Assembly (NCBI GenBank): GCA_965225945.1
Contig: CBDDBZ010000031.1
Span: 128,001-192,000 of the forward strand
Origin: Alphaproteobacteria bacterium
GTDB lineage: Bacteria > Pseudomonadota > Alphaproteobacteria > GCA-2731375
DNA: 64,000 nt
Direction of reading: 5' to 3'
Positions 10,076 through 21,412 of the stretch are shown piece by piece. The notes under the pieces are model-generated. The model was not told where the DNA came from. It saw nothing but the letters and a program-made list of their open reading frames with translations, and made no database searches. The stretch's first letter is position 1; the number at the start of each line of letters is the position of its first letter. Made by a program: the position numbers and the translations under genes.

Positions 10076-10831
10076 CTTGCCTATCCGGTTATCACCCACA
10101 CCCACTATATGTAGTGTGCACCCATTTTCCTGAGTAAAGCTTCGGTGCAGGTCGAAGCGGAGATATCTCCGGCGATGCCGAGCAGGGACTCGGACGGCAT
10201 TGTAGCGCCTTTTAGGCGACACTTTAGCGTGGTGGAAATCCTAATCATTGAGTCGGATTTGGCAAAACGCCACGTTGCATAAAGGACCGTCACTTCATTG
10301 AAATTTATCTGAAATCGGAGGTGAACGACACCGATGGAATATTCCAGGAAATCAGAGCTTCATTGAATTGTAGGATTCGAGTGCCGGATTATTCACAAAT
10401 AGCTCTGTGAACTGGTTTTCAAGTTCGCTCAATACGTCATATGAAGTAAACGGATTGAGGATCACGTTCTTGCGTGTCGCTTCGTCTTCGCTGCGACTCA
10501 AAACGCGCAGGAGACTAACAGGCGCGGACGGGTTCTTCGCAACGATTCGTGCCAGCGCGTCGCTTTCTTCGACTAGTGCCGTCAATCGCTCAGACGATGT
10601 CGTTTCATCAGCAGCTTCCCGTCTGGCCGTGGGTTTCTTCGTTTTTCCCTTGGTCGCCACCGTTCCGTCCCCCGATGTTAAGTACGTGACGTGAATTAAA
10701 CTCCGGTTCGGTTTTCAGAACAATCAAGAATTAGCCGGATCGCCTCCTCAATGCGCCTGCGCCGGCCCTTGCCTGCAGTCCAAGGAGACACACTACATAT
10801 AGTGGGTGTGGGTGATAACCGGATAGGCAAG
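10076..10831. mobile_element. Non-autonomous cassette (MITE/MIC) with 43-bp perfect IRs and 8-bp TSD GATGGAAT
   Basis: IRs at 10076-10118 and 10789-10831. TSD at 10068-10075 and 10832-10839. The empty site is visible in IS256 copy 2. Confidence 0.95.
10352..10660 (-). CDS. Small leucine-rich-variant (LRV/HEAT-like) repeat protein, passenger of the cassette
   Basis: ETTSSERLTAL...ARIVAKNPSAPVSLLRVLSRSEDEATRKNVILNPFT repeat pattern. GGGGG RBS-like run before GTG. Confidence 0.7.
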   Translation of the reverse strand: MATKGKTKKPTARREAADETTSSERLTALVEESDALARIVAKNPSAPVSLLRVLSRSEDEATRKNVILNPFTSYDVLSELENQFTELFVNNPALESYNSMKL

Positions 10832-10987
10832 GATGGAATCAGCACCCAGAGCCTAGCGGCTCCAGGCGGACGACGCCTACTTCAGCTTTTCAACAGAGCC
10901 CGGGACATCCCCGTGGCCGCAGACGTGGCCGGGTATCCTTGCGACCGCCAGCAAGCGCCGCCCGGTGCGTGACAAGAGGGGAACCCC

Positions 10988-11176
10988 GTGAAGGAAACCG
11001 CCGTGGCATTGAGCGCGGAAGAGCGGGACCATCTCTCCCGCCAACTCCATCTCGGCGACGGCCTGTTGAGCTGGCTGTCGCGCGATCTCGGCACGGTGGC
11101 GGTGATCCTACTGATCGTCATCGCAATCTGGGTGGTCAGCGTCTACGCGCACGTCTTGGGCCCGGCCGCCGGCTAG
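10988..11176 (+). CDS. Small single-pass membrane protein
   Basis: GAGGGG RBS, 62 aa, hydrophobic stretch VAVILLIVIAIWVVSV. Confidence 0.5.
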   Translation: MKETAVALSAEERDHLSRQLHLGDGLLSWLSRDLGTVAVILLIVIAIWVVSVYAHVLGPAAG

Positions 11177-11379
11177 TACGAACACCTCGGCCGGGTGGCG
11201 AGGAGTTTAGCCGACCGAAGAAGGTGGTTCTACCGAAGGGGCGTACGTCGCATGTGGGTCATCAATACTCTGTTGGTGCACAAAAAAATTACGGGGAGCC
11301 TCGAGTGTAGACCAGACACCGAGACTGCGATTCCGCAAGTCGACCCGCCGGGCGTTGGGGCCAAATCGAACCCCCGAGG

Positions 11380-11493
11380 CGCGCCGCGGCTCCGACAGAA
11401 GCCGCGGCAGTTGCGGGAAAACGCGACGAGTCGCTCGGCGTGGCAAGTCTCGAGGCGCCCACACTTCAGGAAGTCTTCGAATTTCCACCACAC
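11380..11493 (-). pseudogene. IS91/ISCR-family transposase Zn-binding remnant
   Basis: FEDFLKCGRLE..CHAERLVAFS..RGFC resembles the IS91-family motif, with an internal deletion. Confidence 0.7.
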
Positions 11494-11566
11494 TTAGAAG
11501 CAACAGTTTCCAATAAGATACCTACCTCATCAATTTATGGGCTCGTCTCGAGATTCCACGGTTGGC

Positions 11567-12475
11567 TCAGGTAAGTCCCAGCTTCGGTCGAACCCAGTCC
11601 GACATTTGCTGGACCGCCTGATCAGCCTCCGGCGCAGCACCCGCCATGAAGTGCCAAACATGCTGCATCTCGGGGAAAATATCCATTTTAACTTCGACGC
11701 CTGCTTCCCTCGCGATTTTCTCGAAACGGACAGCGTCGTCCAGCAAGGTTTCGTCGCGACTCACGGTGATGTATAGAGGTGGGAGGCCACTTAAATTGGC
11801 ATAAAGCGGGTTGGCGAGAGGATCACGCGACCAGCCGCCCGCGAGGAAAGTTTCGGCCATACCATCTACAACTGCCTTTTTTACGAGGCAGTCTTTTTCC
11901 TCATTGGTCTTCATCGAGTCCCCACTATTCTCCACATCGTACCAAGGACAAATTGGCATCGCGGCGGCGGGCAATGGGAGACCCTTGTCGCGTGCCGCAA
12001 GAATAATTGATGTGCAGAGGCTACCACCAGCAGAGTCTCCGGTGGTCGCGATGTTTTCCGGTTTGAACCCTTCGTTAAGCAGCCATTCGTAAACTTTGAC
12101 GCAATCGTTGATGGGACCAGGGTGCGGATTCTCGGGCGCAAGTCCGTAGTGGACACTGATAGCCCGGCAGCCAACCGCCTTCGCGATATGAGCGTACAAT
12201 TTACGATGGGAATAGATAGAGCCGGCTACGTAACCACCACCATGAGTACACAGCAATACGTGCTCGTCGCTGGCTCCCTTTGGATTGGCCCACATGCAGA
12301 GTACACCGTTACAGTCGGCTTCAATATAGTCAACTCCGCCGGGTTCACTGCCGAGGTCAGCCAAATGCTCTAACAGGGCTCGCACCTCTTCGATGGGCAT
12401 GTCCGGATTCTCGCCCAATGTTTTAAGGAAATGATTGTAGAGGTCCTTGATTGCGTTTGATTGTTTACTTGCCAC
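11567..12475 (-). CDS. HSL-family esterase/lactone hydrolase (CpnC-like by context)
   Basis: HGGGY, GDSAGG, EMQHVW. GTG start with AAGGGAG RBS. Lies downstream of a BVMO. Confidence 0.88.
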   Translation of the reverse strand: MASKQSNAIKDLYNHFLKTLGENPDMPIEEVRALLEHLADLGSEPGGVDYIEADCNGVLCMWANPKGASDEHVLLCTHGGGYVAGSIYSHRKLYAHIAKAVGCRAISVHYGLAPENPHPGPINDCVKVYEWLLNEGFKPENIATTGDSAGGSLCTSIILAARDKGLPLPAAAMPICPWYDVENSGDSMKTNEEKDCLVKKAVVDGMAETFLAGGWSRDPLANPLYANLSGLPPLYITVSRDETLLDDAVRFEKIAREAGVEVKMDIFPEMQHVWHFMAGAAPEADQAVQQMSDWVRPKLGLT

Positions 12476-12579
12476 TTTCTGATCTCCCTTGTTTCCGTCA
12501 CTTCGGTGGTAATTCGGTTTCATTGTCACCGAGCAACTATTTAGAAAAGGCGTCGCCGGGATACGGGCAAGATTGAGAA

Positions 12580-14470
<1,891 letters not shown>

Positions 14471-14499
14471 TTACGGATGACAACTTTGCTTTGTTGTTG

Positions 14500-14778
14500 A
14501 GATATCGCTTTACCCATTCAGCTCGGCGATAAACCCAGATCTGTCGGAAGAACTCTTTGAGCATGTAGGCGCGATTGATCTCGAGTTTGAGTCGTTCGCG
14601 CTCTCCGGCGCGACGCGCCCGGCCCTCGGTAAGGTTCAAGGGGTTCTTCCGCCAAATGAATCGCGTCTTGTACATCAGTGCCTTGTGCTCGAGTGCCTTG
14701 TGCTCGGGCCACTTCTCGCGGATCTCGTCACGGCGAACTCGCTCGACAGCTTCCACCAAGTGACGCGCGATGTGGGTC
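14500..14778 (-). pseudogene. ISL3-family transposase internal remnant
   Basis: HIARHLVEAVERVRRDE...KTRFIWRKNPLNLT...NRAYMLKEFFRQIW. Contains a 15-bp tandem duplication (EHKAL x2). Confidence 0.75.
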
Positions 14779-15094
14779 AGCCCCTCAAGGTCGCGTAGGG
14801 TAGTGTGCGCGAAAATGAAAATCAAGCCGAGATTCCCCAGATGACCACTCGCGGCCACGGGTAGCGCAGCAATAACCGCGGTTGACATCAAATCTGGTCC
14901 TGATTCGGCCGTCTGCATTGTGATCTTCCTTCCTCGTCGGGCCGATTTGGCGATCAAAAGCCCGGCCAGTGACCTTTTCGCACTCGGAGGGCGCGCTTCG
15001 ACCCGCGCCGCACACTCCTGTCCTATCGGGCGACCTGGATGCCACGGGATCGAGCGCCGTCATGGCGCTAGAGGGGCCGGTCGCGACCCATCAA

Positions 15095-17512
15095 TCAGGC
15101 CCGGAGGCGCTCGTTGGCGGGATCATGGGGGGCGCCGGGCGAAAGCCTCGCCGGGCGCCGTTCGCCGAGCACCTCGATCTCCAGCCCTGCGCCCGCTTCC
15201 AGCGCCCCGGTCTCGACATAAGCGAGCGCGATCGCGCGGCCGATGGTGTGGCCGTGACCGCCGGAGGTGACGATGCCGGCGATTTCGCCGTTCAGGTAGA
15301 CCGGCGCGTTGGTCATCGGATCGGCGTCGGTGGGATCGAGGGTGAGGCAAACCAGGCGGCGGGCGAGGCCTTGCTGCTTTTGGCGCAGCAGGGCCTGGCG
15401 GCCGACGAAAGCGTCCTTGTCCAGCCGGACGAAGCGCTCGAGCCCGGCCTCGAGCGGGGTGTATTCGCTGGTCAGTTCCAGCTTCCAGGCCGGATAGGCC
15501 TTCTCCAGCCTGAGCGAGTCCATCGCGTACATGCCAAAATCGACGATGCCCGCCACCTCGCCGGCGGCCATGACGTCATCGTAGACCGTGGCCATGAATT
15601 CGAGCGGCAGATGTAATTCCCAGCCCAATTCGCCGACGTAGTTGACCCGGATCGCGAGGCACGCAGCGAAGCCGACGGTGATCGAGCGAGCCGTGAGCCA
15701 GGGGAAGGCCGCGTTCGAGAGCTCGGCCTCGGTGATTTGGCCGAGCAGCTCGCGCGACTTCGGGCCGGCGACGATCAGGGTGCCGTAACGCCCGGTGACG
15801 TTATCTATGCGGACGTCGGCGCCGGGGGCGACGGCACCCTGCAGCAGGTCGTGGTCGTGCGCCTCGGCGCTCGCCGCCGAGGCGAGGTAGAAACGGTCCT
15901 CGGCCAGCCGCGTGATGGTGAATTCCGAGACCACATGGCCGCTCTCGGCAAGCGCGTACGCGAGCACGATCCGCCCCTCCGCGGGCAGCCGCCCGGCGAT
16001 CAGGGAATCGAGCATGCCCGCCGCGTCCCGACCCTGGACCATGTATTTGGCGAAGCCGCCCAGATCCAGGACGCCGACCCGTTCGCGCACCCCGCGGCAT
16101 TCCCTGCCGACGGCCTCGAACCAGTTGGTGTGCCGGAAGCTCGGGCGCCGTTGGCCGTCGCCGCCCGCGGGCACGAACCAGGTCGCCCGCTCCCAGCCGC
16201 CACGGACGCCGAAGCGCGCGCCCTTGGCCTGCAAAATCTCGTAGAGCGGCGTGCGCCGCGCCGGGCGCCCCGCCGGCCATTCGTCGTCGGGAAAGGCGAT
16301 GGCGTATTCGTGCGAATAGAGCTCGACCGCGCGCTCCCGGGTGTAGCGCTTGGTCGCGTAGCCGCCATAACGGCGGGGATCGATCTCCCAGGTGTCCCAC
16401 TCGGCCTCGCCCTCGACGATGATATCGGCCAGCAGCTTGCCGGCGCCGCCGCTCTGGACGATGCCGAAGCTGAAGGCGGCGCAGAGATAGTGGTTCGGCT
16501 GGCCGGTGGCGGGGCCGACCAGCGGTTGGCCGTCGGGCGTGTAGGGGATCGGCCCGTTGATGACGTTGCGCACGCCGGCCTCGCCCAATGGCGGCACCCG
16601 GCGAATTGCCTTCTCGATATAGCTCTCCAGGCGGTCGAGATCCGGCGGCAACAGCTCCATGGCAAATTCGCCCGGCACGCCGTCCTCGGCCCAGGTCCGG
16701 CAATGGAACTCGTAGGGCCCGAGAAGCAGACCCTTGCGCTCTTGGCGCAGGTAATAGGAATCGTCCGGATCGCGCAGCAGCGGCAGCAGGTCCTCGCGAT
16801 CCTCCAGCGACGGCACCGCTTCGGTCACCAGATACTGATGCTCCATCGAGACCACGGGCAGGTCGAGGCCCGTCATCCGACCGACCTCGCGCGCCCGGTA
16901 GCCGGCGGCGTTGATTATGATCTCACAAACGATTTCCCCCCCGGGCGTCGTGACCCGCCATTCGCCCGACGCCGTGCGCTCAATCGCGGTGACCGGCGAA
17001 TTACGGTGGATCTGGACGCCGCCGTCGCGCGCGCCCTTCGCCAGCGCCTGGGTGAGCTGGCTCGGATCGACATGGCCGTCGAGAGGGTCCCACAGCGCGC
17101 CCTCGAGGTCGTGGGTCTGGATCGGTGGGTAACGTTTCCGCAAGCCCGCCACGTCCAGCAGCTCGTAGTCGATGCCGAGGTGGCGCGCCATGGCGGCGAT
17201 GTGGCTGAACTCCTCCATCCGCTCGGCGCTCTGCGCCAGGCGCACGCTGCCGGTCATGTGATGGCCGACAGGCTGGCCGGTCTCCGCCTCCAAACGTTGG
17301 TAGAGCGAGACGCCGTAGGCCTGCAGCCGCATGATGTTGTAGCTGGCGGCGTAGGTCGGGCAGTTACCGGCGGCATGCCAGGTCGAGCCCGAGGTGAGCT
17401 CGTCACGCTCCAGCAGCACGACGTCGGTGAGGCCCTTGGCGGCGAGGTGATAGGCGAGGCTGCAGCCGGCGATGCCGCCGCCGACGATCACCGCGCGCGC
17501 CTGCTCTTTCAT
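15095..17512 (-). CDS. GcvT-family FAD-dependent oxidoreductase (dimethylglycine dehydrogenase-like)
   Basis: GGGIAG, TSGSTWHAAG, DGHVDP, YTPDG, and a C-terminal GcvT folate domain (GELGWELH, DSLRLEK). Confidence 0.93.
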   Translation of the reverse strand: MKEQARAVIVGGGIAGCSLAYHLAAKGLTDVVLLERDELTSGSTWHAAGNCPTYAASYNIMRLQAYGVSLYQRLEAETGQPVGHHMTGSVRLAQSAERMEEFSHIAAMARHLGIDYELLDVAGLRKRYPPIQTHDLEGALWDPLDGHVDPSQLTQALAKGARDGGVQIHRNSPVTAIERTASGEWRVTTPGGEIVCEIIINAAGYRAREVGRMTGLDLPVVSMEHQYLVTEAVPSLEDREDLLPLLRDPDDSYYLRQERKGLLLGPYEFHCRTWAEDGVPGEFAMELLPPDLDRLESYIEKAIRRVPPLGEAGVRNVINGPIPYTPDGQPLVGPATGQPNHYLCAAFSFGIVQSGGAGKLLADIIVEGEAEWDTWEIDPRRYGGYATKRYTRERAVELYSHEYAIAFPDDEWPAGRPARRTPLYEILQAKGARFGVRGGWERATWFVPAGGDGQRRPSFRHTNWFEAVGRECRGVRERVGVLDLGGFAKYMVQGRDAAGMLDSLIAGRLPAEGRIVLAYALAESGHVVSEFTITRLAEDRFYLASAASAEAHDHDLLQGAVAPGADVRIDNVTGRYGTLIVAGPKSRELLGQITEAELSNAAFPWLTARSITVGFAACLAIRVNYVGELGWELHLPLEFMATVYDDVMAAGEVAGIVDFGMYAMDSLRLEKAYPAWKLELTSEYTPLEAGLERFVRLDKDAFVGRQALLRQKQQGLARRLVCLTLDPTDADPMTNAPVYLNGEIAGIVTSGGHGHTIGRAIALAYVETGALEAGAGLEIEVLGERRPARLSPGAPHDPANERLRA

Positions 17513-17548
17513 GGCTCCGATCCTCGCGCTGCCGGCGGAGAGAGGCGA

Positions 17549-19099
17549 TCAGGCCCGCATCGCCGATTTCGGCAATCTTATCGGAAAGGCGGCGCGAATG
17601 CGGTCGTCGATGTCCGGGGGAATGTATTCGGGATAGTGGGTCGCGAGGATCTCGCGGGCGAGCCGGCGGGCCCGCTCGCGGATGTCGAGGGCGCCGGCGT
17701 CGGCCCACTCGGACGGGTTCAACCGGTCGCCGATGCTCGGATAGACGTATTCCCGCTGCATCAACTCGAGCGTCTGGGGATGGCCGAGATAATGCACGGG
17801 GCCGTGCACGACCTCGCGCATGGTCTCGATCGACAGCGTGTCGTCGTCGACCTCGATGCCGCGCACGCAGCGCAGCACCGCGCCCAGCATGTCGTCGTCG
17901 ATCACGAAGCTCTCGAAGGCGGCGCCCAGCAGGCTCGCCTGCATGCCGGCGGCTTCGTAGACCAGATTGGCGCCGGCGAGACCGGCCAGCGCCGTGGTAT
18001 AGCCCTTCTCGTAGCCGGATTGCGCGTCGGGGATCTTGGCATCGGCCATGCCCGCGGCGACGCCGTTCGGCAAGCCGTAGTAGCCGGCCATCTGCGCCGA
18101 CGCCGCCGCCAGCATCGCCTGCTCGCCGCTGCCCCCGCTCATCGCCCCGGTCCTGAGGTCGGAGACGAAGGCCCAGGCGCCGAAGATCGCCGGGTGCCCG
18201 GGCTTCAACGCGTTGACGTAGATCATGCCGGCCAGCACCTCGGCCACCCCTTGGGCGAGCGATCCGGCGAGCGCCGCCGGGCTGGTGGCGCCCGCTTGGC
18301 CGGCCGACAGCAGCAGGATCGGCATGCCCCGCTCGACGCCGGCCTCCAGGCAACGGCTGGCGTCTTCGCCGAAGCGCAAGGGGGGCACGACGTGGCAACA
18401 GGACATCGAGACGAACGGACGGGCGGCGAAACCGCCCTCGGCCCCGGCGATCATGTCCAACATGTCGACGCTGCGGTGCACCGCCTGCGGCGTGGTGAAG
18501 CTGGTGCCGACGTGTTTGGCGGTGCCGGCGAGCGAGGCGTAACAGGTGTTGATGTCGAGCTCGAGCGGGTCCTCGACGTCGCGGGTCACCACCGCGCGCT
18601 GGAAGAAGTGGATATTCTCGCGGGTGTCGACCAGGCGGGCGATGTCGTAGAGGTCGCGAAGCGTCGAATCACGGTAGATGCCGCTCTCGAGGTCGACCAG
18701 ATGCACCGCCGCGCCGGCGGTGCCGAAATGCACCCGCTGGCCGCTCAGATCCATGTCGTGGCGGGGATCGCGGCCGTGCAGCACCAGGGGCTTGGCCGCC
18801 TTGGCCAGCATGTCCTCCACGAGCGCGGGGGGAAACAGCAGGCGGCCGTTCTCCGAGAGGTGGCCGCCGACGGCGGTGATCGCCTCGACGCAGCTCGGGA
18901 TCGCGTCGGCGAGGCCGATATTCTCCAGGATGTCGAGCGCCGCGTGGTGCACTCGTCCGACGGCGTCGTCGTTCAGCGGACGGAGCGCGCCGCCCACCAA
19001 GCCGGGCCCGACGGCGCGGAAGACGGGAGGTCGCGAGCGCTCTTCGCGGCGTGCCTGGCGACCCCCGGCGCGGCGGGATTTCGCGCGCAATTCGTTCAT
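17549..19099 (-). CDS. Trimethylamine methyltransferase (MttB) family protein, non-pyrrolysine
   Basis: RRAGGRQARR N-terminus, AGATSPAALAG, SDLRTGAMSGGSGE, GMADAKIPDAQSGYEK. GAGGAG RBS before ATG 19099. Confidence 0.93.
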   Translation of the reverse strand: MNELRAKSRRAGGRQARREERSRPPVFRAVGPGLVGGALRPLNDDAVGRVHHAALDILENIGLADAIPSCVEAITAVGGHLSENGRLLFPPALVEDMLAKAAKPLVLHGRDPRHDMDLSGQRVHFGTAGAAVHLVDLESGIYRDSTLRDLYDIARLVDTRENIHFFQRAVVTRDVEDPLELDINTCYASLAGTAKHVGTSFTTPQAVHRSVDMLDMIAGAEGGFAARPFVSMSCCHVVPPLRFGEDASRCLEAGVERGMPILLLSAGQAGATSPAALAGSLAQGVAEVLAGMIYVNALKPGHPAIFGAWAFVSDLRTGAMSGGSGEQAMLAAASAQMAGYYGLPNGVAAGMADAKIPDAQSGYEKGYTTALAGLAGANLVYEAAGMQASLLGAAFESFVIDDDMLGAVLRCVRGIEVDDDTLSIETMREVVHGPVHYLGHPQTLELMQREYVYPSIGDRLNPSEWADAGALDIRERARRLAREILATHYPEYIPPDIDDRIRAAFPIRLPKSAMRA

Positions 19100-19193
19100 C
19101 GCACCCTCCTCGCGGAATCGCGCCAACGCGCGCGCGGCGTGGCCGCGAATCGAGAAATTGTGCGGTGGGAGCGGGCCTCGCGCCACGTAAATG

Positions 19194-19220
19194 GCGACAG
19201 GAACTATCGGGCGAGCGACA
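19194..19220 (-). promoter_or_regulatory. Candidate AraC-type direct-repeat operator (TGTCGC x2, 21-bp period) upstream of the mttB-family gene
   Basis: GCGACA at 19194-19199 and 19215-19220. Confidence 0.4.
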
Positions 19221-19442
19221 TACCTCCCCGCTCGCGTTCAGGCGAGGTCTCGCGCCACCCGGTTGGCGGCGGCGCCGGCCGTCGGCTTAGAGGGCGAGCG
19301 GGTGGCCTCGAGCGCTCTCGAAGGGCTCGAGGGCAACAAATTCGAGCGTTTGGCGGGGCTTCACGGAAACGCTTGCGCGCCCCTCGCGCGGCGCCTATAG
19401 AAAACGGCTTTTTCCCTTGGCATGCCGAGGAGGGACCGGGCG

Positions 19443-20603
19443 ATGAGCGAGATCGATCGCTTCTCCGATGTGACCTCGATGCTGCTGGCGCTGCGGCCGG
19501 ACGAACCGGTGCTTTGCGTGCGAGCGGAGGTCTTGCGCGCCCGCGCGCGGAGCTTTCTCGACGGCCTTCCCGGCCGCGTGCTCTACGCGATGAAGTGCAA
19601 TCCGGAGCCCTTCGTGCTGCGCGTGCTACACGCGGCGGGGATCCGCGATTTCGATACCGCCTCGCTCGCCGAGATGGCGTGGATTCACGACCTGCTGCCG
19701 GCGGCGCGCTGTTATTTCCATCATCCGGTGAAGTCGCGCCGGGCCATTCCGGCCGCCTACCGGGACCATGGCGTGCGCCATTTCGTCGTCGATCACGAAA
19801 GCGAGCTCGCCAAGCTGCTCGACTGCCTCGACGCGCGCGACATCGCGATCCACGTGCGGGTGAAGACGCCGCCTTGCGAGAGCGCAATCCATCTGGCGGC
19901 GAAGTTTGGTGCCGAGCCGGAGGCGGCGGTCGAATTGCTGCGCCGCGTCGCCGGCCTCGGCCTTGGCACCGGCCTCGCCTTCCACGTCGGCTCCCAATGC
20001 CGGGCGCCGGAGGCCTACGCCGACGCCATCGCGCTCTCAGGCCAAGTGGCGGCGGTCGCGGATGTCCGCCCTGGCTATCTGAACGTCGGTGGTGGCTTCC
20101 CGATTGCCTATCCGCCGGCGCCGCCGCCGGGGCTGGAGGCCTATCTGGCGACGATCCGCGAGGCTTTCGCCGGCGAAGCCGCGTTCGCCGAGACCGAGCT
20201 CATCGCCGAGCCCGGCCGCGCCCTGGTCGGGGAGGCGGCCTCGCTCATCGTCCGCGTCGAGATGCGCCGGGCCCGGGCGATCTACATCAACGACGGGCTC
20301 TATGGCGCCCTGATGGACCTGCGGCTGACGCCCGGCCTGAACCCGCCGGTGGCCTTGCGTCGCCCGGACGGCCCCGCGCCGTCCTCGGAGAGGATGGATT
20401 TCACCGTTTACGGCCCGACCTGCGATTCCCTCGACGTGCTGCCGCTTCCCTGGCGGCTGCCCCGCGACCTCGCCGAAGGCGATTGGATCGAGGTCGGGCA
20501 GATGGGCGCCTACGCCAGCGCCTTCGCCACCAACTTCAACGGCGCGCGCCGGGAAATCCTGGTCGCCGTGGCGGATGCGCCGCTGACGGCGCTCGCGGCC
20601 TGA
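19443..20603 (+). CDS. Fold-type III PLP decarboxylase (ornithine/lysine decarboxylase-like)
   Basis: YAMKCN, KFGA, FHVGSQ, NVGGGF, AEPGR, GPTCDS, GAY. Confidence 0.93.
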   Translation: MSEIDRFSDVTSMLLALRPDEPVLCVRAEVLRARARSFLDGLPGRVLYAMKCNPEPFVLRVLHAAGIRDFDTASLAEMAWIHDLLPAARCYFHHPVKSRRAIPAAYRDHGVRHFVVDHESELAKLLDCLDARDIAIHVRVKTPPCESAIHLAAKFGAEPEAAVELLRRVAGLGLGTGLAFHVGSQCRAPEAYADAIALSGQVAAVADVRPGYLNVGGGFPIAYPPAPPPGLEAYLATIREAFAGEAAFAETELIAEPGRALVGEAASLIVRVEMRRARAIYINDGLYGALMDLRLTPGLNPPVALRRPDGPAPSSERMDFTVYGPTCDSLDVLPLPWRLPRDLAEGDWIEVGQMGAYASAFATNFNGARREILVAVADAPLTALAA

Positions 20604-20616
20604 GCGCGGGGACGAG

Positions 20617-21369
20617 ATGACGGAAAGGCTCGACGGCAAGACGGCCTTCGTCACCGGCGCGGGGCGCAATATCGGCCGGGCCATCGCCTTGGTGTTGGCG
20701 GGGCGGGGCGCCAACGTCGTCGTCAACGGCAGCAGCGACCGGGCGGCCTGCGACGCCGTGGTGGCGGAGGCCGAGGCGCTGGGCGTGCGGGCCCTGGCGG
20801 CGATGGGCGACGTCGGTGACGGCGAGGCGATCCGGGGCATGGCCGCCGAGAGCCTCGAGCGCTTCGGCGCCATCGATATCCTGGTCAACAACGCGGCGAT
20901 TCGACCCGACACGCCGTTTCTGGAGATGACGGTGGAGGAGTGGCGCCGCGTGCTCGCGGTCGACCTCGATTCGGCCTTCCATACCGCCAGAGCCTTTCTT
21001 CCCGGCATGGTCGAGAAGGATTGGGGGCGGATAATCAACCTGACCGGGATGAACGCGATTCAGGGCTATATCGGCCGCGCGCCGGTCTCGGCCGCCAAGC
21101 ACGGACTGTGGGGCCTGACCAAGGCGTTGGCGCGCGAGTTCGGACCGCACGGCGTCACCGTCAACGCGATCTCGCCGGGGCCGATCGGCGGCGACTATTC
21201 CGCCGCGCCGGACATGGGCCGGCATATCGAGGAGATGGTCTCGCGCATTCCCTTGGGTAGGATTGGCGAGCCCGCGCATGTCGCCGGACTCTGCGGCTAT
21301 CTCGTAAGCGAGGCGGGCAGCTTCGTCTCGGGCCAGATGATCGCCGTCAACGGCGCCGGCACGACGTGA
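20617..21369 (+). CDS. SDR-family oxidoreductase
   Basis: TGAGRNIG, NNA, VNAISPG. The catalytic YxxxK motif appears as VSAAK. Confidence 0.9.
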   Translation: MTERLDGKTAFVTGAGRNIGRAIALVLAGRGANVVVNGSSDRAACDAVVAEAEALGVRALAAMGDVGDGEAIRGMAAESLERFGAIDILVNNAAIRPDTPFLEMTVEEWRRVLAVDLDSAFHTARAFLPGMVEKDWGRIINLTGMNAIQGYIGRAPVSAAKHGLWGLTKALAREFGPHGVTVNAISPGPIGGDYSAAPDMGRHIEEMVSRIPLGRIGEPAHVAGLCGYLVSEAGSFVSGQMIAVNGAGTT

Positions 21370-21412
21370 GAGCGGCGGCGGCCGGACGCTGATGGCGTGA
21401 TGGAGGGACGCG

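Larger units (their letters stand above)
8698..10912 (-). mobile_element. IS256-family element, copy 1, 8-bp TSD GTGGCCGC, containing a nested cassette
   Basis: Ends ggcgatgtcccgcccaatgttgaaaag / cttttcaacagagcccgggacatcccc. TSD at 8690-8697 and 10913-10920. Nearly identical to 27499-28949 apart from the insert. Confidence 0.95.
8654..10972 (+). pseudogene. Class III adenylate/guanylate cyclase N-terminal remnant split by IS256
   Basis: Removing the IS and one TSD gives MSERTQRRRAAIVAADVAGYP, resembling the RRLAAILAADVAGYS cyclase start. The sequence decays after that. Confidence 0.6.

Noticed and set aside
15737-20620. 1627-aa plus-strand ORF and other long ORFs (e.g. 41008-43332, 62191-63933, 8724-10133)
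   Set aside because: Antisense or alternate-frame shadows of well-supported genes in high-GC DNA. Arg/Gly/Ala-rich with no motifs.
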